From Solirubrobacteraceae bacterium (GTDB taxonomy: Bacteria > Actinomycetota > Thermoleophilia > Solirubrobacterales > Solirubrobacteraceae), in NCBI GenBank assembly GCA_036498265.1, contig DASYFT010000005.1:13832-77831 (forward strand): a stretch of DNA of 64,000 bases, written 5' to 3'. The translations under genes and the position numbers were made by a program. Shown piece by piece: positions 27,172 to 36,123 of this stretch. Position 1 is the first letter of the stretch. Each line of letters opens with the position of its first letter. The notes under the pieces were generated by a model. It was not told the origin of the DNA. It did not search any database and saw only the letters and a list, made by a program, of their open reading frames with translations.

Positions 27172-27587
27172 TGGCTTCGGCGAATGTGGAGCTTGTCCGG
27201 TCGATCTACGTGGCCCAACAGCGCGGCGACTTCACCTCGGCCGAGTGGGCACACCCCGCAATCGACTATGAGATCGTGGATGGGCCGGCGCCTGGACGCT
27301 GGAAGGGGCGCGTCGAGATGGCAGCCGCGTGGCGCGAGTTGCTGACCCCCTGGGACGACCTGCGCATCGAACCTCAGGAGTACCGCGAGCTTGACGACGA
27401 GCGCGTAGTCGTGCTGACTAGGAGCAGCGCGCGAGGTAAGGCCAGTGGATTGACGCTGCCGCAGGCGTGGACCAACGGAGCAGCGATCTATCAGATGCGC
27501 GACGGCAAAGTCACACGGCATGTCGTCTATTTCGACCGCGACCGTGCGCTCGCCGAGCTCGGCATCTCCTCGGAGGGCGAGCCGTGA
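27168..27587 (+). CDS. SnoaL/NTF2-like small protein (family A)
   Basis: ANVELVRSIYVAQQRGDFTSAEWAHPAIDYEIVDGPAPGRWKG...RVVVLTRSSARGKASG...MRDGKVTRHVVYFDRDRALAELG. The start is GTG 27168 or ATG 27171. Confidence 0.8.
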   Translation: MMASANVELVRSIYVAQQRGDFTSAEWAHPAIDYEIVDGPAPGRWKGRVEMAAAWRELLTPWDDLRIEPQEYRELDDERVVVLTRSSARGKASGLTLPQAWTNGAAIYQMRDGKVTRHVVYFDRDRALAELGISSEGEP

Positions 27588-27606
27588 CGAACTCGCGGCG
27601 CTCCTC

Positions 27607-28017
27607 GTGACCGCCCCCACGAACCTGGAACTCGTACGCGCGATCTTCGCGGCGTGGCAACGCGGCGACTACAGCACGGCCGACTGGGCCGATCCCGGGA
27701 TCGAGTCGGTGATGGTCGATGGACCGGACCCCGGCAGCTGGTCGGGCGTCCCCGCCATGGCAGACGCCAACCGGGACTTCCTCGGCGCCTGGAATGACTG
27801 GCGCATCGAGGCCGAGGACTTCCGCGAGCTCGACGGCGAACGCATTCTCGTCCTGACCCGTCGCGCCGGTCGAGGCAAGCGGAGCGGACTCCAGGTCTCC
27901 GAGCCGGCAGCGAACCTGATTCATCTCCGCGACGGAAGGGTCACCAGGCTCGTCTTCTATTGGGAGCGGGACCGTGCGCTTTCGGATCTCGACCTGTCTG
28001 CTGGGGCCGACACGTAA
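27607..28017 (+). CDS. SnoaL/NTF2-like small protein (family A, tandem duplicate)
   Basis: GTG at 27607. TNLELVRAIFAAWQRGDYSTADWADPGIESVMVDGPDPGSWSG...RILVLTRRAGRGKRSG...LRDGRVTRLVFYWERDRALSDL. Confidence 0.8.
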   Translation: MTAPTNLELVRAIFAAWQRGDYSTADWADPGIESVMVDGPDPGSWSGVPAMADANRDFLGAWNDWRIEAEDFRELDGERILVLTRRAGRGKRSGLQVSEPAANLIHLRDGRVTRLVFYWERDRALSDLDLSAGADT

Positions 28018-28054
28018 CGCACGCGCGCAGGCTCGACGCTTCCCCGCACAGCGT

Positions 28055-28909
28055 CTATCCCAATCCCACGGCGTTCAGGGCTTCTGCGCGGTCAGAGTAG
28101 ATCTCCCACCGCGCGATCCTCCCGTCGCGGAACGTGTACACACCGGCAGTCGCGTTCGTGACCACCTCCGTGCTGCCCTCGAGGCGCCCGAAGTTGTTGA
28201 CCAGCAGAAGAATCCGATCGCCGCAGTCGATCGCCTGCTCGATTTCGACGTGATAGGACGCCCACGGAGCGAGCCAGTCCAGCCATGCACTTCGCAGGCC
28301 GTCCAGGCCGATGTACGTACGTCCTCCCGGCAGGCCCGGGCGAACGCTCTCGCAGTCGGGGTGGAAGGCGGCGGCGGCAGTGTCCGTCAGTGCCGCCCAG
28401 TTCTCGTCGTCGCGGTACATGTGCACGAGATCGGCGTCCTCGCTGGGGGCCAAGGACATCAGAAGTTTCATGTTCGCCCGGGCCATCGCCGTCTGGCTTT
28501 CCTCGGCGAGCCGTTCGGCGACTCGGCGGACCTCGCCGATGTCGCTGCCGGCGACGACGCGGACCACCAGTCGCCGCTCCAGAACCAGGGCCCACGCGAA
28601 ACGACCCTCCACTGCACCGGCCCCGCCGGCCAGCCGACCCTTGTGGCGGATCACGGCGAAGACGACCCCGCCGCCCATGTCGCGGATCTCCTCCGGCTCG
28701 GTGTCGAAGGACTCATAGCCGGCGGCGAAGTCCTCGAGGAAGCCGCGAACGGCGGTCACACCCTCGAACACGCCAAGTCCGTCCAGGGACTCCCACACGA
28801 CATCGCCCGCGAACAGTCCCGTGGCGGTGTAGATATCTCCACGCCGGGAGGCATCGATGGCCTGCCGCGTGAGCTCAACCAGATCGGACGCCGCGGACTC
28901 TTCGGGCAT
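28055..28909 (-). CDS. two-domain SnoaL/NTF2-like protein (module 1 fused to module 2)
   Basis: In this 284-aa protein the N-terminal half matches the 24310..24729 type and the C-terminal half matches the 26536..26931 type. The junction AERLAEESQ-T-A-MARAN has ACG where the split copies have TAG. Confidence 0.8.
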   Translation of the reverse strand: MPEESAASDLVELTRQAIDASRRGDIYTATGLFAGDVVWESLDGLGVFEGVTAVRGFLEDFAAGYESFDTEPEEIRDMGGGVVFAVIRHKGRLAGGAGAVEGRFAWALVLERRLVVRVVAGSDIGEVRRVAERLAEESQTAMARANMKLLMSLAPSEDADLVHMYRDDENWAALTDTAAAAFHPDCESVRPGLPGGRTYIGLDGLRSAWLDWLAPWASYHVEIEQAIDCGDRILLLVNNFGRLEGSTEVVTNATAGVYTFRDGRIARWEIYSDRAEALNAVGLG

Positions 28910-28920
28910 GCTCCGACGAG

Positions 28921-29508
28921 CTACGGCTGTGGGCGGTAGCGAAGGCCGTCCAGCGCGATCCGCACGATGTGGCTCAGCTGTCCGGGCTCGATGCCGGGAA
29001 TCCGGGTGATGCCGCCCAGCATCTGCAGGACGTCCGAGAACTCAACGTCCGACCGGACGACGCCTGCGTCCTGGGCTCGTTTGAGCAGTGGTTCGCCGGT
29101 GGCGTAGACCGTACCCCGACAGACCTGGAAGAGGGCAGCGTCCTCGCCCAGGTAGTTCAGTAGTTCCTGGGCTAGCGCCCGCTTGGTCGCCAGGTAGCCG
29201 ATCAGCCCCTCGCACCAGTCGCTGAGCGCCGTCCACGGATCATCGTCCAGATCTGCTGCGGAGCCGCAGACGTCCTGGACCTCCTGCACGTAGAGGGTCT
29301 CCAGGAGCACCTGCCTGCTCGGGAAGTGCCGGTAGAGCGTGCCGATTCCGACGCCCGCACGCCGAGCGATCTCCTCGAGCGATGTCGAGTCTCCGCCTTC
29401 GGCGAACGCAGCGCGGGCCGCCATGAGGATCCGCTGGTGGTTGCGCCTGGCGTCGGCCCGCTTCGGGCCGATATCCCCTGTTTGTATGGATGCTGCGTTC
29501 GTGCTCAT
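28921..29508 (-). CDS. TetR family transcriptional regulator
   Basis: ATG at 29508. RRNHQRILMAARAAFAEGGDSTSLEEIARRAGVGIGTLYRHFPSRQ is the HTH. The rest of ORF 28921..30357 is antisense to the MFS gene. Confidence 0.9.
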   Translation of the reverse strand: MSTNAASIQTGDIGPKRADARRNHQRILMAARAAFAEGGDSTSLEEIARRAGVGIGTLYRHFPSRQVLLETLYVQEVQDVCGSAADLDDDPWTALSDWCEGLIGYLATKRALAQELLNYLGEDAALFQVCRGTVYATGEPLLKRAQDAGVVRSDVEFSDVLQMLGGITRIPGIEPGQLSHIVRIALDGLRYRPQP

Positions 29509-29530
29509 GACCGACCCTCCCCTTGACGAA

Positions 29531-29590
29531 CGGAGGCACCCTCCGTATAGTTTCTGGAGGGGCCCTCCGAATAGTCCGGAGGTGGCCTCC
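29531..29590. promoter_or_regulatory. array of CCTCCG/CGGAGG inverted repeats (two 19-21 bp palindromic operator candidates plus flanking half-sites)
   Basis: CGGAGG-cac-CCTCCGTATAGTTTCTGGAGG-ggc-CCTCCGAATAGTCCGGAGG-tgg-CCTCC, located in the TetR/MFS divergent intergenic region. Confidence 0.6.
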
Positions 29591-29685
29591 ACTTTAGACG
29601 TGATCCGAGACATTGACAAGCCCGCGGGTGTGACGCGACGTGGGACGAGATGGACCGGACGAGCTCCAGGAAGGGAGATTCCCTG

Positions 29686-31170
29686 ATGCGACAGGGTTTG
29701 TTGGCCGGGCGCTATCCCGCCGCGGCCGCGATGGTGATATTCGCCCTGGTTCCCTACCTCGGGCTGTCGGCGGCTCTGCAGCCGCTCAGCCCGATCATCG
29801 GTGGGCAGCTGCACATGAGCGCCCAGACGATGACCCTGGGGCTCGGCATCGCCAACGCCGGCTATGCCGTGGGGACGATCCTGGCGGTGCAGTTCGCCCA
29901 GCTCTTCCCGCAGCGCCGGATGATGGTTCTGTACGCGGTGCTGCTTGTGATCGGGTCGGTCCTCGCAGCGGCGGCACAGGGTCCCGTGATGTTCATCACG
30001 GGTCACGTTCTCCAGGGCCTCTGCACGAGCCTGCTGCTGATCGCCGCCGTTCCGCCCCTCGCACTCGGATTCGGGTTGGAGAGGTTCCGCTCGACGGCGA
30101 TCATCATGAACGTCTGCATCTTCGGGGCCGTCGCGCTCGGGCCGGTTGTCGGTGGCATCCAGGCGAGCGCCCACGCTTGGCGTCCGCTGTTCTGGGCCGT
30201 CGCCGGGATCGCGGGCGTCGCGCTGCTGCTGTCGGTGTTGACCTTCGAGGACGCCCCGCCCGCCGACCGGGACGCTCCGCGGGCGCCGCTGGCGATCGGG
30301 CTCGCCGCTTCGGGATGCGTGGCCGCGTTCTATGGCGCCTCGGAGCTCCTCACCCACCGTTTCCTCGGCCCCCAGACTCTCCTGCCGCTCCTCGGCGGCC
30401 TAGCGCTGATCGTCATCCTCGTGGTCAACCAGTACCGAAGCCCCCGCCCGCTCCTCACGATCCGGACCATGCTCACGAGCACCGTGCCGGTGGCCGGCAT
30501 CGTGGTCGCACTGTCCGCCGCCGCCGCGTCGGTCTCGGCAACCGTCCTGACCGCCGGTGAGCTTGCTCCCCATTACGCCCCGTTGCACCTCGGGCTGCTC
30601 TATCTGCCGGAGCTGGGCGGTGCCCTCCTGACAGCGGTAGTGCTGGGGGCCGTTCTCAAAACGCGCGCGCTGCACTATCTGCCGTTGGTGGGGATGGCGT
30701 TCCTTGCGGCCGGAATCGCCGTGTTCCGTATCCAGGTGCCGCCGAGCGAAGCGCTCACCCTGGTTGGCTCGGGGCTCACCGGGATCGGTCTCGGGGCCGC
30801 CGTCGCCCCGGCGCTGTTCGTCGCCGGCTTCTCGCTCGCAGCTTCGAGCCTGCAGCGCGTGTTCGCCATCGTCGAGCTGTTCCGGGCGGTCGCCGCATTC
30901 ATGATCGCCCCGGTGTTCGTGCACTTCGCCGCCACCGTCGGAGGCAACTCGACGGCCGGCACGGGGACCGCACTATGGATCGGCTTCGGCCTCGCCGTCG
31001 CCGGCGCCCTCACCGCTGTCGGCCTCTACGCGCTCGGCGGCGCCCGGCCGCAGACGCCCAACCTCGAGCGCTTCATGGACGGTGAAGGCCCGGCGTGGTA
31101 CTCCCCGCCGCTGCTCGCCCGGGCCCGCAGCCGCGCTCGCGGCCGGGCGCTCGCAGAGGAGGCAACATGA
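29686..31170 (+). CDS. MFS transporter (DHA2/EmrB-like, about 14 TM)
   Basis: ATG at 29686 with many hydrophobic helices. It is divergent from the TetR gene, and its stop overlaps the usp start (ATGA). Confidence 0.85.
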   Translation: MRQGLLAGRYPAAAAMVIFALVPYLGLSAALQPLSPIIGGQLHMSAQTMTLGLGIANAGYAVGTILAVQFAQLFPQRRMMVLYAVLLVIGSVLAAAAQGPVMFITGHVLQGLCTSLLLIAAVPPLALGFGLERFRSTAIIMNVCIFGAVALGPVVGGIQASAHAWRPLFWAVAGIAGVALLLSVLTFEDAPPADRDAPRAPLAIGLAASGCVAAFYGASELLTHRFLGPQTLLPLLGGLALIVILVVNQYRSPRPLLTIRTMLTSTVPVAGIVVALSAAAASVSATVLTAGELAPHYAPLHLGLLYLPELGGALLTAVVLGAVLKTRALHYLPLVGMAFLAAGIAVFRIQVPPSEALTLVGSGLTGIGLGAAVAPALFVAGFSLAASSLQRVFAIVELFRAVAAFMIAPVFVHFAATVGGNSTAGTGTALWIGFGLAVAGALTAVGLYALGGARPQTPNLERFMDGEGPAWYSPPLLARARSRARGRALAEEAT

Positions 31171-31652
31171 GCACAACACAGGACCCCGAGAGCCCGCGCG
31201 GCGGGAACGAGCCGCAGGGGCCCGTCGTGTTCGCCTACGACGGCTCCGAACTGGCCAAGCTTGCGATCGCGGACGCCGGCATGCAACTCGCGCCAGAACG
31301 TGAGGCGCTGGTCCTCACCGTCTGGCAACCGTTCAACGTCGGCTTCGTGCCGCCCGTGGCGCTGCCGATCAACGCCGCGGAGACGGCCGAGGTCAGGAGC
31401 GCCGCGCAGCAGACCGCGGCCGAGGGAGTCTCGCTGGCCAGCGCGGCCGGCTTCGAGTCCCGTGGTCTGGCGATCGAGGCCACCCCCACCTGGAAGGCCA
31501 TCGTCGACGCCGCTGACGAGCACGACGCAAGCCTGATCGTGCTGGGCTCACACGGGCGTACCGGACTTGCCGGTGTCCTGATCGGAAGCGTCGCGGAGGC
31601 GGTCGCGGCGCACTCGCGCCGCTCGGTGCTGATCACCCACCGCTCCGACTGA
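31167..31652 (+). CDS. universal stress protein (UspA family)
   Basis: VVFAYDGSELAKLAIADAG and LIVLGSHGRTGLAGVLIGSVAEAVAAHSRRSVLI. The ATG at 31167 overlaps the MFS stop. Confidence 0.85.
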   Translation: MSTTQDPESPRGGNEPQGPVVFAYDGSELAKLAIADAGMQLAPEREALVLTVWQPFNVGFVPPVALPINAAETAEVRSAAQQTAAEGVSLASAAGFESRGLAIEATPTWKAIVDAADEHDASLIVLGSHGRTGLAGVLIGSVAEAVAAHSRRSVLITHRSD

Positions 31653-31805
31653 CGCACCGACACCCGCCAGGCCAGGCGCCATCGGTTTACTCCGGCCGCG
31701 GGCCGATCCAGCGATGGCTGCTCCGGTGGATCACGCCGGCTGCCCGTTCGTCCACTCGGCAGGCGCCGACCGAGGCTGCCTCGCGCAGGCGCCGATTCTT
31801 GGATT

Positions 31806-33473
31806 GTGGGTGTCTCCGGCCGGACCCGTGCGAAGGGTGACGTCGCGATCTGCGAGGGGGTGCCCGCGGCGATCGCCGTGCTGAGCGAGGCCGGATCGGT
31901 CGAGCTTGCGACCAGGGCGTTCGTGGACCGGTTCGAGATGCAAGACGATGCGCTGGCTTCGTGTCCACACGAGGTGGAGCTGATCGCCTCGGGGCAGATG
32001 GACGGCGCCACGGTTGTGCTCGACGGCCTCGAGGCGGACGTCGTTGCAGCGATCGACAGAGATCGCCGGCGCGCTGTCGTGCTCACGATCGCCACCCCGA
32101 GCGACTCCGCGGAGGTCGAGCCGGGGAGCCCGCTGTTCGAGGAGCCGCTGGACGAGAGCCCCGCGATCGTCTGGCTGAAGGACCTGGACGGCCGCTACCT
32201 GCTCGTGAACCGCCGCTACGTCGACCAGCTCGGCACCGATTCCGAGCACGTGGTCGGCCGGACCGATGCAGAGCTCACCGCCGCTGGGTCGATCGAAGGA
32301 CTGCGACTGGAGGAAACGGACGCCGGGCCGGAGCCCCTGGAGCTGGAGTACACGATCGGGGCGTTCGAAGAGCGGCCGTCGTTCGCCGCACTGCGCTTCG
32401 CGCTGCGTGACAGCGACGGGCAGCCGACCGCCATCTGCGGTGTGGCGGCACCGCAGGCAGAGGCCTCGCTGGCACGTTCGGAGTGCGAGCGGCTGATGAG
32501 GATCGATCGCTGGAGGCGGCTCGACGCGTTCGCGATTCGCCGGGAGCTCTTGGACGACTGGGGTCTCACCCTCGTCGACGCCGGCTCGGGTCCGCCTCTG
32601 GACCGTGACGAGCGAGTCGCGGCCGTGCTGCTCGAGAGAGACGAAGCCCTCGCCACTGTGGCGCAGCTCGAGGAGGAGCTCTCGAACGAGCGCCGACAGG
32701 AGGGCAGCCTGCGAGCCGAGTCCGAGCGCGCTTCGCTGCGTGCCGACGCCCTGGATGACGCCATCGCGTCCGAGCGGGCGCGATCCGAGGAGCTGCAGCA
32801 GTCACTCGTCCGCGCTGAGGGCCGCCTGGGAGAGCTGGAGGCAGAGTTGACAACCGTCAGAGCGGAGCTCGAGGAGCACAGGATGCACGCGGAGGCGCTC
32901 GAGCTCGGCGAGTCCCAGCCAGAGAGCGACGGGCTCAAGTGGGGCACAGGCGCCCAGCGTGCCCTGTCGGCGGCGCTGATGGGAATCACCGAGTGGCGAT
33001 CTGTGCTCGAGCATGTCGTCACGACGCTCGGCTCGGAGGGGGGCTGGGATGCGACCGTCGCGTGGTGCCCCGACGGCGCGGGGGGGTCGATGAGGTGCGG
33101 CGCGATGTGGACGCGCGACCCCGCGGGCCTCGCTTCGCTCGAGACCCGGACGTGGCAGTACCGCCAGGATGCCTCGACTGCCGAGTTCGGCCGTGCTCGC
33201 AACCGCATGGCGACGACGTGCCTGCTCGAGTTGCAGTCGGCCGAGGATCCACTGCTGAGGGCAGCCGCGGCGGCCGGCATGGGGTCGGCGCTGCTCGTGC
33301 CGATCAGCGACGGCGGCGAGACGATCGCGATGCTGGCGCTGCTCTCCCGGATGCCGACCGCGCCGGACGCCGAGCTGATGGTCTCCCTGGAAGCGATCGG
33401 TCTGCAGCTCGGCGCGGTCGCCCAGCTTCTCAAGCTCGCGGACGTGCCGCGCTGGCGGATGGCGAGTATCTGA
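31806..33473 (+). CDS. PAS / coiled-coil / GAF sensor protein without recognisable output domain
   Basis: PAS-like PAIVWLKDLDGRYLLVNRRYVDQLGTDSEHVVGRTDAEL, a long heptad-like EEL/AEL segment and a GAF-like C-terminus (LLVPISDGGETIAMLALLSR). The start codon is uncertain. Confidence 0.7.
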   Translation: MGVSGRTRAKGDVAICEGVPAAIAVLSEAGSVELATRAFVDRFEMQDDALASCPHEVELIASGQMDGATVVLDGLEADVVAAIDRDRRRAVVLTIATPSDSAEVEPGSPLFEEPLDESPAIVWLKDLDGRYLLVNRRYVDQLGTDSEHVVGRTDAELTAAGSIEGLRLEETDAGPEPLELEYTIGAFEERPSFAALRFALRDSDGQPTAICGVAAPQAEASLARSECERLMRIDRWRRLDAFAIRRELLDDWGLTLVDAGSGPPLDRDERVAAVLLERDEALATVAQLEEELSNERRQEGSLRAESERASLRADALDDAIASERARSEELQQSLVRAEGRLGELEAELTTVRAELEEHRMHAEALELGESQPESDGLKWGTGAQRALSAALMGITEWRSVLEHVVTTLGSEGGWDATVAWCPDGAGGSMRCGAMWTRDPAGLASLETRTWQYRQDASTAEFGRARNRMATTCLLELQSAEDPLLRAAAAAGMGSALLVPISDGGETIAMLALLSRMPTAPDAELMVSLEAIGLQLGAVAQLLKLADVPRWRMASI

Positions 33474-33549
33474 GCATCGGCGCGAGCCCATCTACCCGCT
33501 TGTCACGGCGAGCCGCTAGGCGTAGTGTGTCGCCACAAGGGGTTTTGCG

Positions 33550-33954
33550 ATGTCGCGGGAGAACATCCAGGTCGTACGACGCGGGCAAGAGGCGCGTTCC
33601 GAGGGCAGGATCGTTGAGTGGATGGACACGCTCGACCCTCAGATCGAGTGGGACATCTCCGGCAACCCGCTTCCCGATTTCCCGATACGAGGACGAGGTC
33701 GCGACGCGTTCGTCGGGCACATCACCAAGTACTGGTCGCTGTGGAACGACTACGGGCAGAGCGTGGAGAGGACGGTCGACGTCGGTGACGAGGTCGTCGT
33801 GGTCCTCCACGAGCATGCTCGTATGCGGAACAGCGATGCGCTGGTGGAGCGTGAGGTGGCGACGATCTGGACGATCCGCGACGGTGTGAGGGTGCGCTTT
33901 CGAGCGTTCGAGCACGCCGCCGACGCACTGAAGGCCGTGGGGATCGACGAGTAG
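33550..33954 (+). CDS. SnoaL/NTF2-like small protein (module-2 type)
   Basis: MSRENIQVVRRGQEA...DEVVVVLHEHARMR...IWTIRDGVRVRFRAFEHAADALKAVGIDE. Confidence 0.8.
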   Translation: MSRENIQVVRRGQEARSEGRIVEWMDTLDPQIEWDISGNPLPDFPIRGRGRDAFVGHITKYWSLWNDYGQSVERTVDVGDEVVVVLHEHARMRNSDALVEREVATIWTIRDGVRVRFRAFEHAADALKAVGIDE

Positions 33955-34020
33955 CGCCCGGCGGCACCACTGCGCCCTGAATCGACTTGCAGCCTCGCAG
34001 GCGATCGCGCTCGCCGAACG

Positions 34021-34878
34021 TCAGAGCTTCATCGCGCGCGCGACCACGCTGTCCATCGCACGAGTGGGCAGCAGGCGTGAGAGTGCCAGACGGATCTTGG
34101 CGTCGCGGCCCACGACGTAGCGCGTCTTGGGTCGCTTCGCGGTCAGGGCGTGCTCGACGGCCCGCGCTACCTCCAGTGGCTGTACGCCCGAGCGTTCGCC
34201 CTGATCGATGAACCTCGATATCGCCGCAATGCCGGCGCTGTAGAGGCGCGTGGCCTCGGCCGGCATGCCCGCAACCGCCTCCTCCGCGCTCGCGCGTCCC
34301 TTTCCCCAGATGGGAGTGACGACCGCTCCAGGCTCCACGGCGGCGACCTCGATGCCGAACTGGCGCAGCTCGACCCGAAGCGCGTCCGTCACGGCCTCAA
34401 GCGCGAACTTGGACGCGTTGTAGGGCGCGAGGAACGGGCTGGCAAGCCGGCCGCCGATCGACGTCATGTTCACGATCCGCCCTCGGGCCCTGCGCAGTGA
34501 GGGGAGGGCAGCCTGGGTCATGGCCACCTGCCCGATGAGGTTGACCTCTAGCTGCCGGCGCCATTCCTCGACTGCCACGAACTCCAGCGGTCCGCCCACC
34601 GAGACCCCGGCGTTGTTGACCAATCCCGACAGACCCGCCGGCGCGGCCTCACCGACCGTCTGCATCGCCGCCGCGATCGACTCGGGTCGGGTGACGTCGA
34701 GGATCAGCGGCGTTGTGCCCGCTGACCCGCTGCCACGTATCGAGTCGGCGTCGGCCTCCTTGCGGACGCCCGCGAAGACCGTGAACCCGAGCCCGTCGAG
34801 ATGCTCCACGCAAGCCCGTCCTATGCCCGTCGACGCACCGGTGACGAGGACGGCGCCTCGGTTTGCGTCGATCGGCAC
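34021..34878 (-). CDS. short-chain dehydrogenase/reductase (classical SDR)
   Basis: VLVTGASTGIGRA (TGxxxGxG), NNAG, and the catalytic YNASK. Confidence 0.9.
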   Translation of the reverse strand: MPIDANRGAVLVTGASTGIGRACVEHLDGLGFTVFAGVRKEADADSIRGSGSAGTTPLILDVTRPESIAAAMQTVGEAAPAGLSGLVNNAGVSVGGPLEFVAVEEWRRQLEVNLIGQVAMTQAALPSLRRARGRIVNMTSIGGRLASPFLAPYNASKFALEAVTDALRVELRQFGIEVAAVEPGAVVTPIWGKGRASAEEAVAGMPAEATRLYSAGIAAISRFIDQGERSGVQPLEVARAVEHALTAKRPKTRYVVGRDAKIRLALSRLLPTRAMDSVVARAMKL

Positions 34879-34981
34879 AGCCGCGTGATCCTAACAAGTG
34901 AGCGTCAGGGCCATCTCGACGCAGACACCTCGCCACGCACGGCGCGCCGGCGGGGCGGCGCCGAGGGTGCTCGACCCCGCC

Positions 34982-35788
34982 CTATTCCGTGTAAACCCGG
35001 TTCGTCACCGCGCCGAGCCCGTCGACCTCCACGGAAACGGTGTCGCCGCCGCGCAGGAAACGTCCCTTGGTCGCGCCGACCCCCGCCGGGGTCCCCGTCG
35101 CGATGATGTCGCCGGGCAGCAGCGTCATAGTCCGCGACAGCCACGCGATCGTCTCAGCGACACCGAATATCATCTCCGCCGTCGTGCCCTCCTGGACGAT
35201 CTCGCCGTTGATGCGCGTGCGCAGCGGCAGGGCCTGGAGATCGTCGATCTCGTCCATCATCACCAGCGCCGGTCCGCAGGGGGCGAACGTGTCGATCGCC
35301 TTGCCGGCGGTCCACAGCGGGTTCTGCATTTGAAGATCCCGCGCGCTCACATCGTTGAACGGCATCGCGCCGGCCACGTGCTCCAGCGCCCGGGCGGCGC
35401 TGACGCGATGGGCGGTGCGCCCGATCACGACGGCGAGCTCGGCCTCGTAGTCGACATAGTCGGGGTGCGCCGCGGGCAGGATCAGCGGCTGGCCGTCGCC
35501 GAGCAACGAGTTCGCGAACTTCGCGAACCAGAGCGGGTTCTCCGGGATCTCCTGCCCGGCCTCCGCGGCGTGGTCACGGTAGTTGAGCCCCATGCAGATG
35601 ATCTTCTGCGGATCGGTCACGGGCGACTGCAGGCGTACGTCCTCGCGCGCGATGCGCTCCCGAGAGGGGACGATCTCATCGCCGGCAGCGAGCAACGCGC
35701 GGACGGACGGCCCGACCGGCGCGATCTCCTCGCCCACCAGCAGGCCGGCGGCCGGGCCGCTCCCGGCGTCGTAGGTGACCAGGCGCAT
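34982..35788 (-). CDS. fumarylacetoacetate hydrolase (FAH) family protein
   Basis: KIICMGLNYRDHAAE, DYEAELAVVIG and LLPGDIIATGTPAGVG. Confidence 0.9.
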   Translation of the reverse strand: MRLVTYDAGSGPAAGLLVGEEIAPVGPSVRALLAAGDEIVPSRERIAREDVRLQSPVTDPQKIICMGLNYRDHAAEAGQEIPENPLWFAKFANSLLGDGQPLILPAAHPDYVDYEAELAVVIGRTAHRVSAARALEHVAGAMPFNDVSARDLQMQNPLWTAGKAIDTFAPCGPALVMMDEIDDLQALPLRTRINGEIVQEGTTAEMIFGVAETIAWLSRTMTLLPGDIIATGTPAGVGATKGRFLRGGDTVSVEVDGLGAVTNRVYTE

Positions 35789-35884
35789 CCCTCCGGCAGT
35801 ATCCCGCTTCCATCAGCCGGCGCAGCCGATCATCGCTCGACCTGACGACACATAGGCGGCGGATTCCGCACATTTCAGGTCCTT

Positions 35885-35913
35885 TTAACTCGACATTTAC
35901 ATGGGTGTATACT
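35885..35913 (+). promoter_or_regulatory. sigma-70-like promoter candidate TTAACT-17 nt-TATACT
   Basis: Read directly from the sequence, in the only AT-rich stretch of the 335-bp FAH/LAL intergenic region. It is oriented toward the LAL regulator gene. Confidence 0.4.
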
Positions 35914-36031
35914 CATCTACGGTCGTTGCCGACCGGAATCGCTGCGGGGGCTGCGGCCACGACAGGCATTCGCCCGCGTCAGCGAGCGCTCGATGGGGGT
36001 CACGATGGTTGAGCGCCTCAAGTTCAAGCGT

Positions 36032-36055
36032 GGATCTGCGCCTGCGCGCAGATCC
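36032..36055. promoter_or_regulatory. perfect inverted repeat GGATCTGCGC-ctgc-GCGCAGATCC (operator or leader hairpin)
   Basis: 10-bp arms read directly from the sequence. A third copy of GGATCTGCG lies at 36210..36218. Confidence 0.5.
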
Positions 36056-36123
36056 GATTGTCCCATCGGCGTGGAGAGCCGCCGGCACCGCACATGGATG
36101 TACCGACGCCGTCGCGTCGTGCC

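Noticed and set aside
28921-30357. A 478-aa ORF containing the TetR regulator.
   Set aside because: Only the C-terminal 195 aa form a TetR protein. The rest is antisense to the MFS gene.
31452-31461. A 10-nt match (TTCGAGTCCC) to the tRNA-Thr T-arm, considered as a possible att direct repeat marking the far end of an island.
   Set aside because: The match is too short and lies inside the usp coding region. There is no integrase and no extended identity, so it is most likely chance.
23817-36000. An integrative element or prophage downstream of tRNA-Thr.
   Set aside because: No integrase, excisionase, transposase, conjugation or phage structural genes are recognisable in any frame. Only the composition dip and the paralog array are reported.
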